Assembly: GCA_003971905.1 (NCBI GenBank)
Contig: RSEE01000085.1
Span: forward strand, 62,001 to 126,000
DNA: 64,000 nucleotides
From: Moniliella sp. 'wahieum'
Taxonomy: Eukaryota
Direction of reading: 5' to 3'
Under the pieces are notes generated by a model, which was given only the letters and a program-made list of their open reading frames with translations, had not been told where the DNA came from and made no database searches. Positions 51,781-63,435 of the stretch are shown here, one piece after another. Within the stretch, counting starts at the first letter, position 1, and each line of letters begins with the position of its first letter. The position numbers and the translations under genes were made by a program.

Positions 51781-52582
51781 TTGGGGTGTATGTACTGGCC
51801 CCCCTTTTCTCCTTCTCATTTGTCCCCGCTGGTTCCAGCCCCCGCCATCCCTTCTTTGCTGATCCCTGGCCAGGATCGATCGCCCTCGCCCTGAATCAGG
51901 AACGGTACCCGGTCCCTAGGCAGAGGCACAGAAGGAACAGGGTCGTGGATAACGTTTAAGGATCGACGCACCACGGTCTGAGATCCGTTTATAATATTGC
52001 ACGTCTCTCCCTCCTTCTTTCCCCCTCCGCCCTCACCTTATCCCTCCTGTCCTGCTTCAGCTTGACGTCCGAATGGATGCTATTCTGTAACGTCCTCCCG
52101 CTGGGCAGGTACCGGGGCTCCCCTGGACTCCGTGCTGCGCCAACCATTGATCAGGCCGATCAGGCCTGAGGCATTTTTTTCATACGCCAGTCCAGCACAC
52201 ACGCTTGTTGGGCGCTGACGCTACCTTGCCGGGTAGGATCTGGTGGGATCGCAGACGACTGGGGTTGCCACTTCCTTCTTGGCGTACCTTGCCGCGCCAG
52301 AGATTTTATACCGGTCAAGTACACGCCGAACTTGGGTGGTTGGGGTGGGGTGTACGGGGATTAGATGCAATTGCGGAGCACATGAGGACTCCGGAGTAGA
52401 GTCTTGAGGGAGAAAAGGGAGAAAAGGGGTAGGATGGGGAATTATGTTAGACAACGATGCCCGCTAGCACACAAGTGGAGACAGCAAGGAGGACGCGTGA
52501 GAGGTAGAGAAAGAACAAGCACAATGAAAAGGGAAGATGCAGTATGGATAGGGTAGCCGAACATGGTATGCAGTTGGGGTCA

Positions 52583-54252
52583 TTAGATCGAGTTGAGCCA
52601 GAGAGGCCAGATCAAAGGTGAGGGTCGAGGCGGTGGTGAGAAGCGGGGACCGACGCAGCTCCTTGGGCGATGGCCTTGCCGTCGGATCTTTGAGCAGACA
52701 TGCGTCGGTGAACGAACGAAGCAACGGGCTAAAGGAAGGAGGTAGCTGGGCACTCGGCTCATTGACAATCTGCTGTAGCAAGTCGAGGATACTCATTGGG
52801 CCTTGCTCGTCAGCGGAAAAGGGGAAATGACCGAGGGCAAGCTCGATCAAGGTCATGCCCAAAGACCAGACATCGCTCTTGATCGTATACTCGCCGCCTT
52901 GGATCCGTTCCGGCTGTAAGGGGACAGAAGCCCAGTCAGTACACGGCATCGTCATCGCATGAGTGGTCATGATGGGTTTGGGCTTCGGTACGTACCGCCA
53001 TATAGGCCGATGTGCCCACGAACGTGTTAGCCACCGAGAGTGAATTGGTCAGCTCGCCCGACACGCCAAAGTCACAGAGCTTGAGTTGGCCTCGGCTGTT
53101 GGCAAGAATTTGCTGGGTTTCACGTCGCGATGGAGGATACGGTGCGCATCATAGAGGTAGGCCAAGCCGTTCACACACCACCTCGCACAAGGCAGACAGA
53201 CAGGGTAGGAATGGGGCCATGTCGTTTGTAAATCTGGTCCAACGATCTAACAGGGCAGGGGGCAATGTGAGTGAACCAATCCAAGAAACAAAGGAAAACG
53301 AGGTGGTACGCACCCCTTGTCCATATACTCCATACACATGCAGATATGGGAGAGTTCGGTCTGGTAGGCGCCGTAAAAGCCAACAATGGAGATGTCGCGG
53401 CACTCGTGCATAATCTGCAGTTCACGCAGTATCTGCTTGCGCACCGCGGCTGGGCATCGATAATGACCGTTTTTTTGGCCATGATGGTGTTGGTGGGGAG
53501 GTGACGCACCTTGTCCCGTGCCGCCATTGCCGGCGCCCAAGTCCGAGATGAACTGGAGATCATCGTTGGACCAAACAACGGGACCACCTTGGCTGTGTTG
53601 TGCCCCAGCAGCGCGAGAGTGGCTAGCTGCTCCGAGAGTTTGGCATGGTAACTTGCACTCTCCTCTGACAACCCGCAAGCAGTTCAAGTCGTACTTGTCC
53701 AATGTCCCATGGTCCGATCCGGTGCTGGTTTGAACTGCAAGTCGGACGGCCGACTCGTCGATCCGCCATTGGCAGCGTCTGACGCGGCCAGCACGTACGA
53801 ATCGAGTCTCGGCGTGGGTTCGGGGACCGCGAGCGCAGCGCGGCGGATGTGTAGGAGAAAATTGAGTCGTGCACTGCCAACGGGGGGGGTTTGCGCCGAC
53901 GCGGCTTGACAGGCGGCGGGGGTTGCACGCGTCTTGCGCGTCCTCGTCGTCGCTGGGATCCTCCAGGAAGGACTCGCCCTGGTCCAGCTCTTGGCGGGGA
54001 GGGATGCTGCGCGCCGGGGAGGGGGCAGGGCGGGGACGCTGAACGCCGCTGGGGGCACGGAGGAGGCATGGAGGGGCAGCGGCAGCGGCGGCGGAGACGG
54101 GAGGCGAAAACGACGAGGGAGAGACGGTGCCTCGGGACTGGTGCCTCGGTTGAACGGAGATGATCATCACTGATCGGCCGGCCAGGCTGTCGGGGGGCAG
54201 CGGGCAGCTTCCTGCGTGGAGGAGCGATCGCTATGTCGATGGCGTGAGCCAT
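52583..54252 (-). CDS. MAP kinase kinase, Ste7/Byr1/Fuz7-like; 2 introns, frameshifted
   Basis: [133 protein letters not shown]. Confidence 0.9.
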
Positions 54253-54464
54253 CACTGCATCACATTATCCCGTGTGACAAGTGCTGCCACATCACATGTG
54301 GCGTCGCATGTGGCGCACCATCGGGACGGGGCAGCGAGGCGAGGCGGAGTGACTAGTGAGCGCGCTAGTGAGCTGAGTATACTCATACTGAGGGGGGTAC
54401 ATGGGTTGTTTGCTGGGCATCTCGTCACTCGGGAGTCGCCACCGGCGTCGAGGCCTCGCCCGCC

Positions 54465-57193
54465 ATGCCCAGTGCTCACAACGCTTCTATCGTCCATCCT
54501 GCGCCCCCGACCATCCCCACTCCATCAGGCAGCACCGCCGGCCCTCGATGTGCGTCGGGTGGAGCTGCAGGTCCAAGACATCTTCCGTCGCTTTGCCGGC
54601 CAATATCAACAGCCCCATTCCTCCCGACCCCATCCGAGTACCCAGGGGGAAGCGGATGTAGGCGATTGCCTCCCGGTCACCTCCGCTGCGGGAACTCCCC
54701 GCTATCTTGCGCAAGTTTGAGGACATGCGCGCCGAGCCGAAAAAGAGCAAAGCGCTGAAGCAGAGGTCGATATCACACCCCCCAATAATCCACCCTAGCT
54801 TGCTGTCCCAAATCGAAGCGTTTGCATCCCAGCATGCTACGGTGGACATGGGACCCGAACAGTTGGTCGAGATGATCCTTGGCCTTCAACGAAGCTTCGA
54901 GCCATCTCATTTTCTACCTGCTTCGCCTGTCTCCTCTGTCTCCACCTCACCCTCCAACGACGAAGGATGAGTCGATCCCAGGAGCGGCACCTTTTCCGTT
55001 GCCGGCTGCATCTTCCATCCCATCCCCCTACTGACGACCGTTCGATCCCCGATAAGCGTGTTTGGGCCTTTTCGCCCGCTCTTAGCAGCGATGCAATCGA
55101 GGAGGAGATTGGATTGAACTGCGGCGCCTCCCAGAGCATCATTTCCTGCTCCCGTTATACCTCGCTCGCTGCCTCCACTTCCGCTCTGAAACATCCTTCG
55201 CGGGCTCCTCCTCTCCCCCCCGCCGTGAACCACACTCCAGTCCGCTCGAGTCCGGCAGCGCAGGCAAGCCAGCCAGCCCCAGCAGCCTAGGGACAGAAGC
55301 ATTGCTGCGGGTGTACGGTGGCAAGGTTGAACCGCCTTCAAAGCCGTGGGTACGGTCCGATACGGGTCATGGCCGACGCTCTTTCCACGGCGTCCTTCCC
55401 AGCCCGATGAAGCTAGCAGAAACGAGAAGGGGTGGGGTTTCCGTCCTATACCTCCTACCATGTGGGCAGCGACCCATCCCTTCGTTCCTTCACCCTTAAG
55501 TTGACGAGGAAGGGTGATAAGTTGTCGGCGATGGACTGTTCCGATGCCATCAGCTTGGGCGACACGCCCTTGGCCATGACTGAACTGTCTCAGGAAAACG
55601 AGCGGCTGGCACGGCTGCGTCGCATGCTGGAGCGCACACTCGAAACAAAGGAGAACGAATATGAAGAGCAAGTGGCCCAGTTACTGGCCCATCTGGAAGC
55701 AGCCGAAGACAACTTGGCCTGTAAGAAACGGGAGGAACGGGAGGCGTTGCTCAAAGCAACGCATTTTCGGACCAAATGGCACTGCTTGAGGTTGAGCTCA
55801 CCGCTCTGACTCGCCGCAATGCGAACCTATAGAAGAGATCCATACCAAAAGCCGCGAACAAAAGGAGGACTTGATGAGTACGTTTCTCTCATGGGGTATT
55901 GGCGGACTTGGGATTAACGTGGACTTGTGTCTACCCAGTTGAGACGGAGAACCTACGTCGGCAACGGGGTGAACTGCGGATGAACTGGCCGGTCTGAAAG
56001 AAAGCAAGAATACGAGCGAGACCAAGCCGAGATGGTACGCACCGCAACTTCTCTCAACTGTCTGTCAACCTTCTAACCTGGCTTTTTGGTATCTACTATA
56101 GGCCCAATCCGAGTGTTCCCGACTAAACATGCTATTGAGGAAAAAGAGAAGTGGATGGAGCAGTTTGTTGGCCTACAGTGCGAAAATGAGAAGTTGGTAC
56201 AAGACACGTTGACCCTGCGGACAACAGTAAGCAAAAGCTTAAGAACGATCTAGCGGAGCAGGCTCGAACTTCAACGGCTGCCAATAGCCTTCGTAAGGCC
56301 AAAGGAACCAATGCGCGAGCCACACTGAATGAAACGCTCTTGCCCATTTGGGTAGAAGTCGAGCGCGAATTGGCCTGGGTCCAAGCAGAGGAGGCTTCTG
56401 GCTCTGACTCTGGCTCTGGCTCTGATGGGGAATCCGACTTGGCGCTTCCCGGGGAAAGCAAAGGAGGTGAGCACGCTTTTAGCGAGCCGGTCACGCGGCA
56501 GTACAATAAGCGGCGTTTGAAGCGGTCGAGCGCAATTACATATATCGAGCAAGGTGCCCAAACTACATTTGAGCCGAATCCACCTGTGCAAGAGCTGTCA
56601 CCGCCAACGTATGACGACGTGGCGCTGGAACGGTCAATTGTTGAGCGTTTTCATCCGCACCCCCTCCCTCGTGCCTTCCTTGCGGCGGACCCTCTCCACC
56701 AAGCCAGGTGGACCGAGTATGCTGCATTGAGTCATCAGCTGCGGTTGCGGTGCAAAAAGTGCTGGAGAAAAGTATGGAAGCCATGACCGGATGACCCCGC
56801 TACCTCCGCTTAGGCCGCGTGAAGCCCTTCTAACGTCCCTTGCACAGCAATGTCAGACATGGGTCGTCCCGACCTTCACTTCATCGATGCCGTATGCCAG
56901 GGTCGTGCACCGCGTGAAGCGCAGGTGAAAGCTAACCAGTTGCAGATACAGATGGCATGGGCAGTGCTCATCTCGTTCTTTCTGACGGGCATGTTGGTTG
57001 CCCACCGATTCTCCTCCAGCACATTTCGGATCGGCACCTTTTCGTCATCAACCACCGACCCGGTCGCCGCACATGCTCTCTCTTTGCCCCAGCTGACATG
57101 ACCCACGTGGAGCTCTATAAAGTGCCCGACGGATGCTGGCTGGGTTCCACTCGCAGGTTGTGCAATTATCGCGGCACCACGGTCCCCTTTTGA
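54465..57193 (+). CDS. Coiled-coil protein with single C-terminal transmembrane helix; candidate KASH-like (Kms1/Kms2-type) nuclear envelope protein
   Basis: Helical N-terminal segment (LLSQIEAFASQHATVDMGPEQLVEMILGL), long heptad region (LSQENERLARLRRMLERTLETKENEYEEQVAQL...), TM MAWAVLISFFLTGMLVA, short tail possibly ending ...RGTTVPF*. Confidence 0.55.
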
Positions 57194-57886
57194 TCTCGTG
57201 GTATCCAGCCCGACTGCCCATATCCCCCTCGGGATTTGCTTTGCATTGATCATCTTACGCTACTCTTCCCCCAGCGTTGAACCGTCCACTTGCAGGTGGG
57301 GGTGCGATCTGCACCCCAAGACACTTTAGAGGCACCGGTACCCCCCAATACCTTTCCCCCCACCCCGTCCCCCAACAGCCATCCGCCATCATTCGGCGTT
57401 CTCAAAAGTCACCACAGTCCTCCACAAGGACCGACTCGGTTCTCGCCATCCTCTTCCACCCGGTAGCCTCAGTTGTAAATGGCTACCCATTTGCCGCCCC
57501 CTCATGCCCATCAGCCCCCTCACGCGCCCGCGCAATCCTCCTTGAACTGTGGGCATAATGAGGGTTATGTATTCTCTCTGTGGGTTGTTCCTACTGTTGT
57601 GCGGTGGATATATACGCAACTTGCCAGGATCATATGGTCCCAGGCGAGGAGAAAAGCGTGGGTACGCAAATAACGGATGACCTTCCATCATCAGGTACCG
57701 AGTTGGGTCATGGGCTCATGGGTGCGGCAGACATGGCAGCCATAATGTGCAGCCCCCCCCCCCCCATTGGGAGCCCTTCTGTCCCCCTGTTCTTTTTGGG
57801 CCGACTGGGTCTCATCCCACAGTGCACGCCGATCTTATTCGCCCAGGCACGATCAAATCCAAGCTCAAATCGAAGCGCAGCAAAAA

Positions 57887-57988
57887 TGTCGTGTCCCGGG
57901 ATCGAACCGGGGACCTTGAGGAATCCCGAAGGATGTGGTATCGAAGTGCAGCTTCAATCTCACGCTCTCCCATCTGAGCTAACCCGAC
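57887..57988 (-). tRNA. tRNA-Phe (GAA) with ~30-nt intron; two stem mismatches
   Basis: Reverse complement GTCGGGT TA GCTC AGATGGGA GAGC G TGAGA TT GAA G [intron] CCTCA AGGTC CCCGG TTCGATC CCGGG ACACGAC A followed by TTTTT. Confidence 0.88.
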
Positions 57989-58251
57989 TTTGAGGGTCTA
58001 GGGCGATACACCTATCAACGAACATCCACTTCGATTAGGCCAAGGCTAAGGTATCGACGACCGAACATTAAAAGTAGGCTAGCAACCCACTACGGGAAGA
58101 GCCAGCACCAGCTTAGAGTGTATAATAGAAGACAAACGGGGGGAATACGACAGATGCCATGGGTGGGATGGCATGGATGGGATAGAATAGTCATGGGATG
58201 CCGCGACATGGCATGCCATTCTCCATGACATATAGGGGGATAGGTTACCGG

Positions 58252-60011
58252 TTACGTGACCGGGGTTCGTAAAGGCGCGCTGACCGTATCAGATCCACGG
58301 AACACACCCGACGTGTGACTCTGGCCCTCGGGTTCTTCCAGATCGTCCGTGAAGAACGAGGCGAGCTGAGAGGCAGCCAATTCCGTGTCAATCGTATCTT
58401 CGTCTCCTTCCACTGCGGGAACCGATGTGCCCTGTGCGCTGGGAAGAACCGCCCCGCGTCTGGTACGGACATGCCAGGTTCCGAATGGATCCGCTTCCCC
58501 GCGCGAGCTGGCTCGTCGTTCCGTTTTCGCTTTGTCTCGGCTAGGTCGTCCTGGGCCTTCTTACCTTGTTGCTCCTGCTTTCGTTCTCTTGGTATCGTTG
58601 ACGCTTCTCCAAGGCCTCCCGCTCGGCCTTGGCCTTTTGCGCGGCAAATTATTGGGCGCGGCGCCCTCGGTCATTGAAGCACCGGGGGCCGAGCTGGTGC
58701 GGGACGTCGGATCCCCCGCCTTGTCTTTCTTTGACATGGCCGGTGCAGCGGCGGGTGGGTGCACTGACGAAGCAGACGCTCGGGGGAGAGGGGCAGCTGC
58801 CGCAGCATTGGAACCAGCAGGAGGGTTGTGCGAAGAAGACGCCCCATAGGGTGCGGGGGATTTCTGGTTTGCCATAAACTGATCGCCTCGGTACACATTT
58901 GTGACATCGTATTCCTGTGCGATCGTTAGCTGACTTGCACTCAAGACGGAAGAAAAGAAAGAAGGGGAGGAGGACGAACCATCTTGACTTTGGAAAGGTT
59001 GCCTGCGAAGCGGCGGTACTTCTCGTCATACAGACACAGACTGAGAGACAGGGGTGAGCGGGGTGGGGTAGGAGGTTAGTTCGCTTCGCTCTAGGTAGCT
59101 GTAATCTAAGGACGTACCCGAGCCGGTCTCCAAACGCCCTGAGACAGCGTTTGATCCCATCCGAAACGGCCGACTTCATCGTCTAGAACAGGAAGGTCAG
59201 TATCATCCTGCCACTCTACCGGCGCTGGCAGGGACCTACATTTTCGCGGGCCGAGTCCAGGTCGCGTTGGTTGGACAGCGAGTGAGCGCCCACGTCTTGG
59301 CGGTAGGCGCCGTTGCGCAAGGTGACCTGGACGCGCACCCAACAGTATACGTCATAGACGTTTCGGAGCGCATGCGAAACTCGGGATGGATTTCGAGAAT
59401 GTCAGAAGACCATTGGTCGTGGCGGAAGACGTCGTTGGCAAGCCGCACGGCCTGGTGAGTGGCCAGGTAGGTGAGTGGTCGTCCATCTGGCCCGGGTTAG
59501 TCGCCATCATTGGTCATCCACACCCACAGACCGAACCCAAGGAGGGAATGGGGAATAGGGAATGGGGAATGGGGAATGGGGTATACGTACTTGGTCCCGC
59601 CCGCGTCGAGACGAGCTCAGGGCCGAGGGGTTGATTGAGCTTGCGCTGGACTTCGAGTGATTCCTGCTGGTCCCGCGCCAGAGCGCGTTCGTAGACAGCC
59701 AGGGCAGAGGACTGGGGGGGCAGAGAGGTCTGCGGGGCAGCTGGCGGGGCGGCTGGGAAGGACGTGTCGTAGCTGAGGTCGGGCGATGCAACAGATGCAA
59801 GGGAGGAGACGTTCAGGACGCTGGCCAAACTGGGTGGCGGGGGCAAAGGATGACGGGGCGAACGAGGATGGTGGGGCCGAGGCGGGGGGCGGGGGTCGGC
59901 GTGGCGGGCCAGGAGGGCAGCATTGTGGGCTTGGAGCTGGCGATTTTGCTCGCGTATTTGCTCCATCTGCTCCATCAAGGCGGCGATCGTGGGCGGGCCG
60001 GGAGCAGTCAT
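58252..60011 (-). CDS. Divergent Rad52/Rad22-family DNA annealing protein; multi-exon, true start may lie further upstream (~60150)
   Basis: LEVQRKLNQPLGPELVSTRAGP|...AVRLANDVFRHDQWSSDI...TLRNGAYRQDVG...|KSAVSDGIKRCLRAFGDRLG|.CMTRST/YDEKY align to the Rad52 N-terminal domain (LGPEYIS.R, LANEVFG..GWSS, TL.DG...EDVG, K.A.TD..KR.LR.FG..LG). Confidence 0.8.
59544..59581. repeat. GGGAAT-type tandem repeat within a Rad52-family intron
   Basis: gggaatggggaatagggaatggggaatggggaatgggg read directly. Confidence 0.8.
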
Positions 60012-61799
60012 GGTGGCGGTGGCGGTGCGGTGGCGACGAGGGCGTGGCGGTGGTGGCTAATGGGCAGGGGGCTGTGCGTGCGCTGCGAGCTGCTCAAGGT
60101 GCTCCAGCCCATCAACACCATTAACCTCCCAGCAACGCGCCGTGGTGCATGACGCAGACGGGGGACGCATGATACACTGTGACGTAAGCACGCCCGATGA
60201 CCCGGCGACGCCCATCTCTCCTTCCCAGGGATGGAGGCTGGGATTGTCGATTACCTCAGCGCGTGAGCGGTCACATGATAGGACGTGCGGCTGGTCCGCG
60301 GGGTGGCGCGGAGGGGGGCGGGGCTGGATGGTGCGCTGTGGCAATCGGATTGGGCGGACGCCGCACAGGCCACCCCATGCAACGCAGCCAAGGCAGACCC
60401 ACACAAGAAGAGCGCAACGTGATATCCGTTGTTCTGTCCCCAACACTCTCCGTCTTCTGCTTCCTCGTGTGGCCATGCCGGCCGCCCATGCACGCAGTAC
60501 TCGGTCCTCACGATTCGTGTTGTTCATGCTCACCAACCAAACCGCATTTTAGCGGTTTTAACGATCGAAAATATCGTCTTCCACTCTCACGGAATTGGCC
60601 ATAGATCCGGCGCTAGACGCTCCGACCTCTGTCCCCCCGCAAGCAGCTATCCCACGGGCGTTTCGACCCCAACAACTCTCGTTGCAAAGGTCTCTCGCTG
60701 AAGATGGTGAGATGCACTGTTTTGCTTATATAAATTGGCCGTAAATGTTCCCCACCTTCCCACGGGGTCACACGGGTCATGTATACTGACCGGCCGGTCG
60801 CAGTCACCGGCGGCTGCCCCCCTCTGGCCACTTTTGCTACATGGCCTTTCTATTTTGCCGGTTTGCCAGCCCAGACAATCCCAGGCCGATGCGCTGACGA
60901 CTGACGGTAATGGGGATCCCTGTTGTCCGACAGGCCGGCCTGGGCCGGAGGGCCTGACAGGTTACCGGTTTATTGGTTGCCGTTGCCTCGTAAAGACGCG
61001 TGACGCGTGACTTGGCTGTAGTGCCTGTGAGATTAATGACCTTTTTGGCCAGACCAGGACCAAGACCAAGACACCCGATGTCTGCACGTCGCTACCCCCG
61101 ACGCCAGGTAGGGCTCAATAAGCTTCAGGGTGATCCCTGTCGCCGCGTGATGGACGTAGGAGGCCTGTCTGTATTGTCTGGTATGCATGGTATGGCTGAC
61201 CTGACCCGCCCACCTACTTTCACAGCTTCCTACAGCTCCCCTCCAATTTCATCATCTCCAACCCCGCCGCGCCACTCGCCTCAGCCAGCACTGAGCTCAG
61301 ACTCAGTAGGTCTCCTTTTGAGTAACTCGGTACTCAGCTTGGGCCCAGAACATTTTGAACGCTGCGCGTGAACGTTCAGTTGAACCCCATGGAACGGTAC
61401 GGGCTACTAAGATCTAAAAGGGTTATAGTATCCAATGGTCCAATAGCGTCGTATTCATCGGTCGCCCGCGCATTGGACAGCCTAAGTTGAGCTTTAACGC
61501 TGAGGCTGAGGGTCACATCTCTCTCCCGTAGCGCGTAACCCGTGTAACCCCGTAACGCGTATATAGCCTGTACCGGCCGCCACCTACTAAGCGACACCAG
61601 GAGCAGCTTGTGCGCTCGGACGATCCTGCCAAGTTCCAGCGTCAACGTTCAACCTTTTCGGGCAGTTCAAGCGTTGCCTTTAGCTTCCGCGTCGGGCTAT
61701 CCCGTTCTTCCCTTCTTTTGCAGCATCCTTCCTCCTCCACCCACCCACCTCTCCTTTTCTCCCCCACACCCCCCTTGGAAGCCCAAGAGCCACGTCCAC

Positions 61800-62927
61800 A
61801 TGTCTTCAGCCTGGCTGCTCCATCCTAACGCCCCTCCAACACAAGCCACTCTTGCCCCTTCCCCGCCCAGCCCCGTGAGCCCCACCAGTCCGCCTACCCC
61901 ACCCCTTTCCACCTCCTCCTCGCCGCCCCGGCCTCCTCGGACCAGGACATGCCCCCCTCGCCCTGCCTTTCCTTGCGCCTGCCCCCCCACGCCACCGATC
62001 CGCCCACGCACCATGCTCATCCTACCCGGGCCAGGGCCGAGAGCCTTCCGGTACTCCGCAGTGCCATGACTCCTCTATCGCCCCTGGCGGAACACTGTGG
62101 ATCCCCCACCAAATCTGTCCACTTTGATGGCTCGCACTTGACCGACATTCGTGTTTTCAAACGGCACGGACGTCCCACCAGCGTCAACCGACTTGCCGGT
62201 TCGAGCACAGGCACAGGCACGGGTACAGACACAGAAACCGAAACGGAGGATGAAGTGTCGTCGGAGCTAGAAGCGTTGCGGATGGGGTTAAGTTTGTCGC
62301 AGTTGTGGCCAACGGAACGGGTGGGCCACCGTGCGAAGTCAGCTGGCGCGCGAGAACTCATCACGATCCCAGCGAGGTTAGGGGCGCTGTTGCGCCGCAG
62401 TCGCGTGGCGCCGTTTACGTTGGCTCTGTTCTTGGTGGGCGAGGTGAGCAGGCGAGAGGGGCCCGTGTTACTGGAAGGCGTGCGCTTGACCCGCGACGCA
62501 CGGCATGTGGAAGGGTACGTGCGCGTGGCCAATTTGGCGTATACCAAGCGCGTAGCTGTGCGCTACACGTTTGACCAGTGGCTCAGCACCAACGAAGTGG
62601 CAGGAGAGTGGGTCATGTCGATTCGGCCGGGTGGTCCACCACTGCTCTGGCGCGAGCGAGACAAGCGCGATCGCGACCTTACCCACTGTCTGTCCTGCTT
62701 CCTCCGACGCAGACGTAGGCTGGGACCGGTTTCACTTTACCCTCCGCCTGGACCAGCTGGTGGTGGCGTGGCAGCCTGGCCAACACAAACGCATCCAACT
62801 CGCCATTCACTACACGTTACCTACCGCCGAGTACTGGGACAACAACCTAGGCTCCAACTTTGTCTTTGATCTGGTCCAGCAGCCCATGCAACTTCCCTCC
62901 GAGCTGGCGCCAGCACAGCAGCCGTAG
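61800..62927 (+). CDS. CBM21-domain glycogen-targeting PP1 regulatory subunit (Gac1/Pig1-like)
   Basis: RVxF-type motif KSVHFD; VEGYVRVANLAYTKRVAVRYTFDQW, WDRFHFTL, EYWDNNLGSNF. Intron ~62631-62712. Confidence 0.9.
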
Positions 62928-63435
62928 GATCCCTGTTACCTTCCCGTCCCACACGCATCAGGGTAGGACGTGCTTAGAACGGCCTACCAGGAAACTATAT
63001 GCAGCTGTTGTCTTCGTGTAGCAAGCAGAAAGTAAATTGGCAAGGCAAGAGGCAGGATCATGAGCGACAAGAGTAGGAATGCCAGGGCGTGCCGGGGCGT
63101 GCGGGGCTGGCTGCGGAGAGGGCGATGAGCACGGGGACGGGGAGCGTGCAGGGACCAGAGCAGAGCAAGGGCGGGAGTCAAAGGGAGAGAGAAAAAAAGA
63201 AAAAAGAAAAGGGTCCGACAGGACGCGGGGGTATCACGACAGCCAAGAGGGGTGGGGGGAGGAAGAAGATCGTGGACGGTGGAAGGAGCGTGGAGGCCAA
63301 CGCTGGCAACCGAAGGAGCACAGCATTTTTTATCGTGTAGAAGAGGAATAACAGAGCGCCGGGCATGTTATGCCAATGAAATGGAGTCCGCCTTGGCGGT
63401 GGGCAGAGGGATCAGGGGAGGAGAGGAGGAGAGAA

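Noticed and set aside
27599..60011. A chromosome-biology or meiosis gene cluster (SPP1, CSE4, KASH-like, RAD52-like)
   Set aside because: The genes are spread over >30 kb and interleaved with unrelated genes. Nothing in the sequence indicates co-regulation beyond chance.
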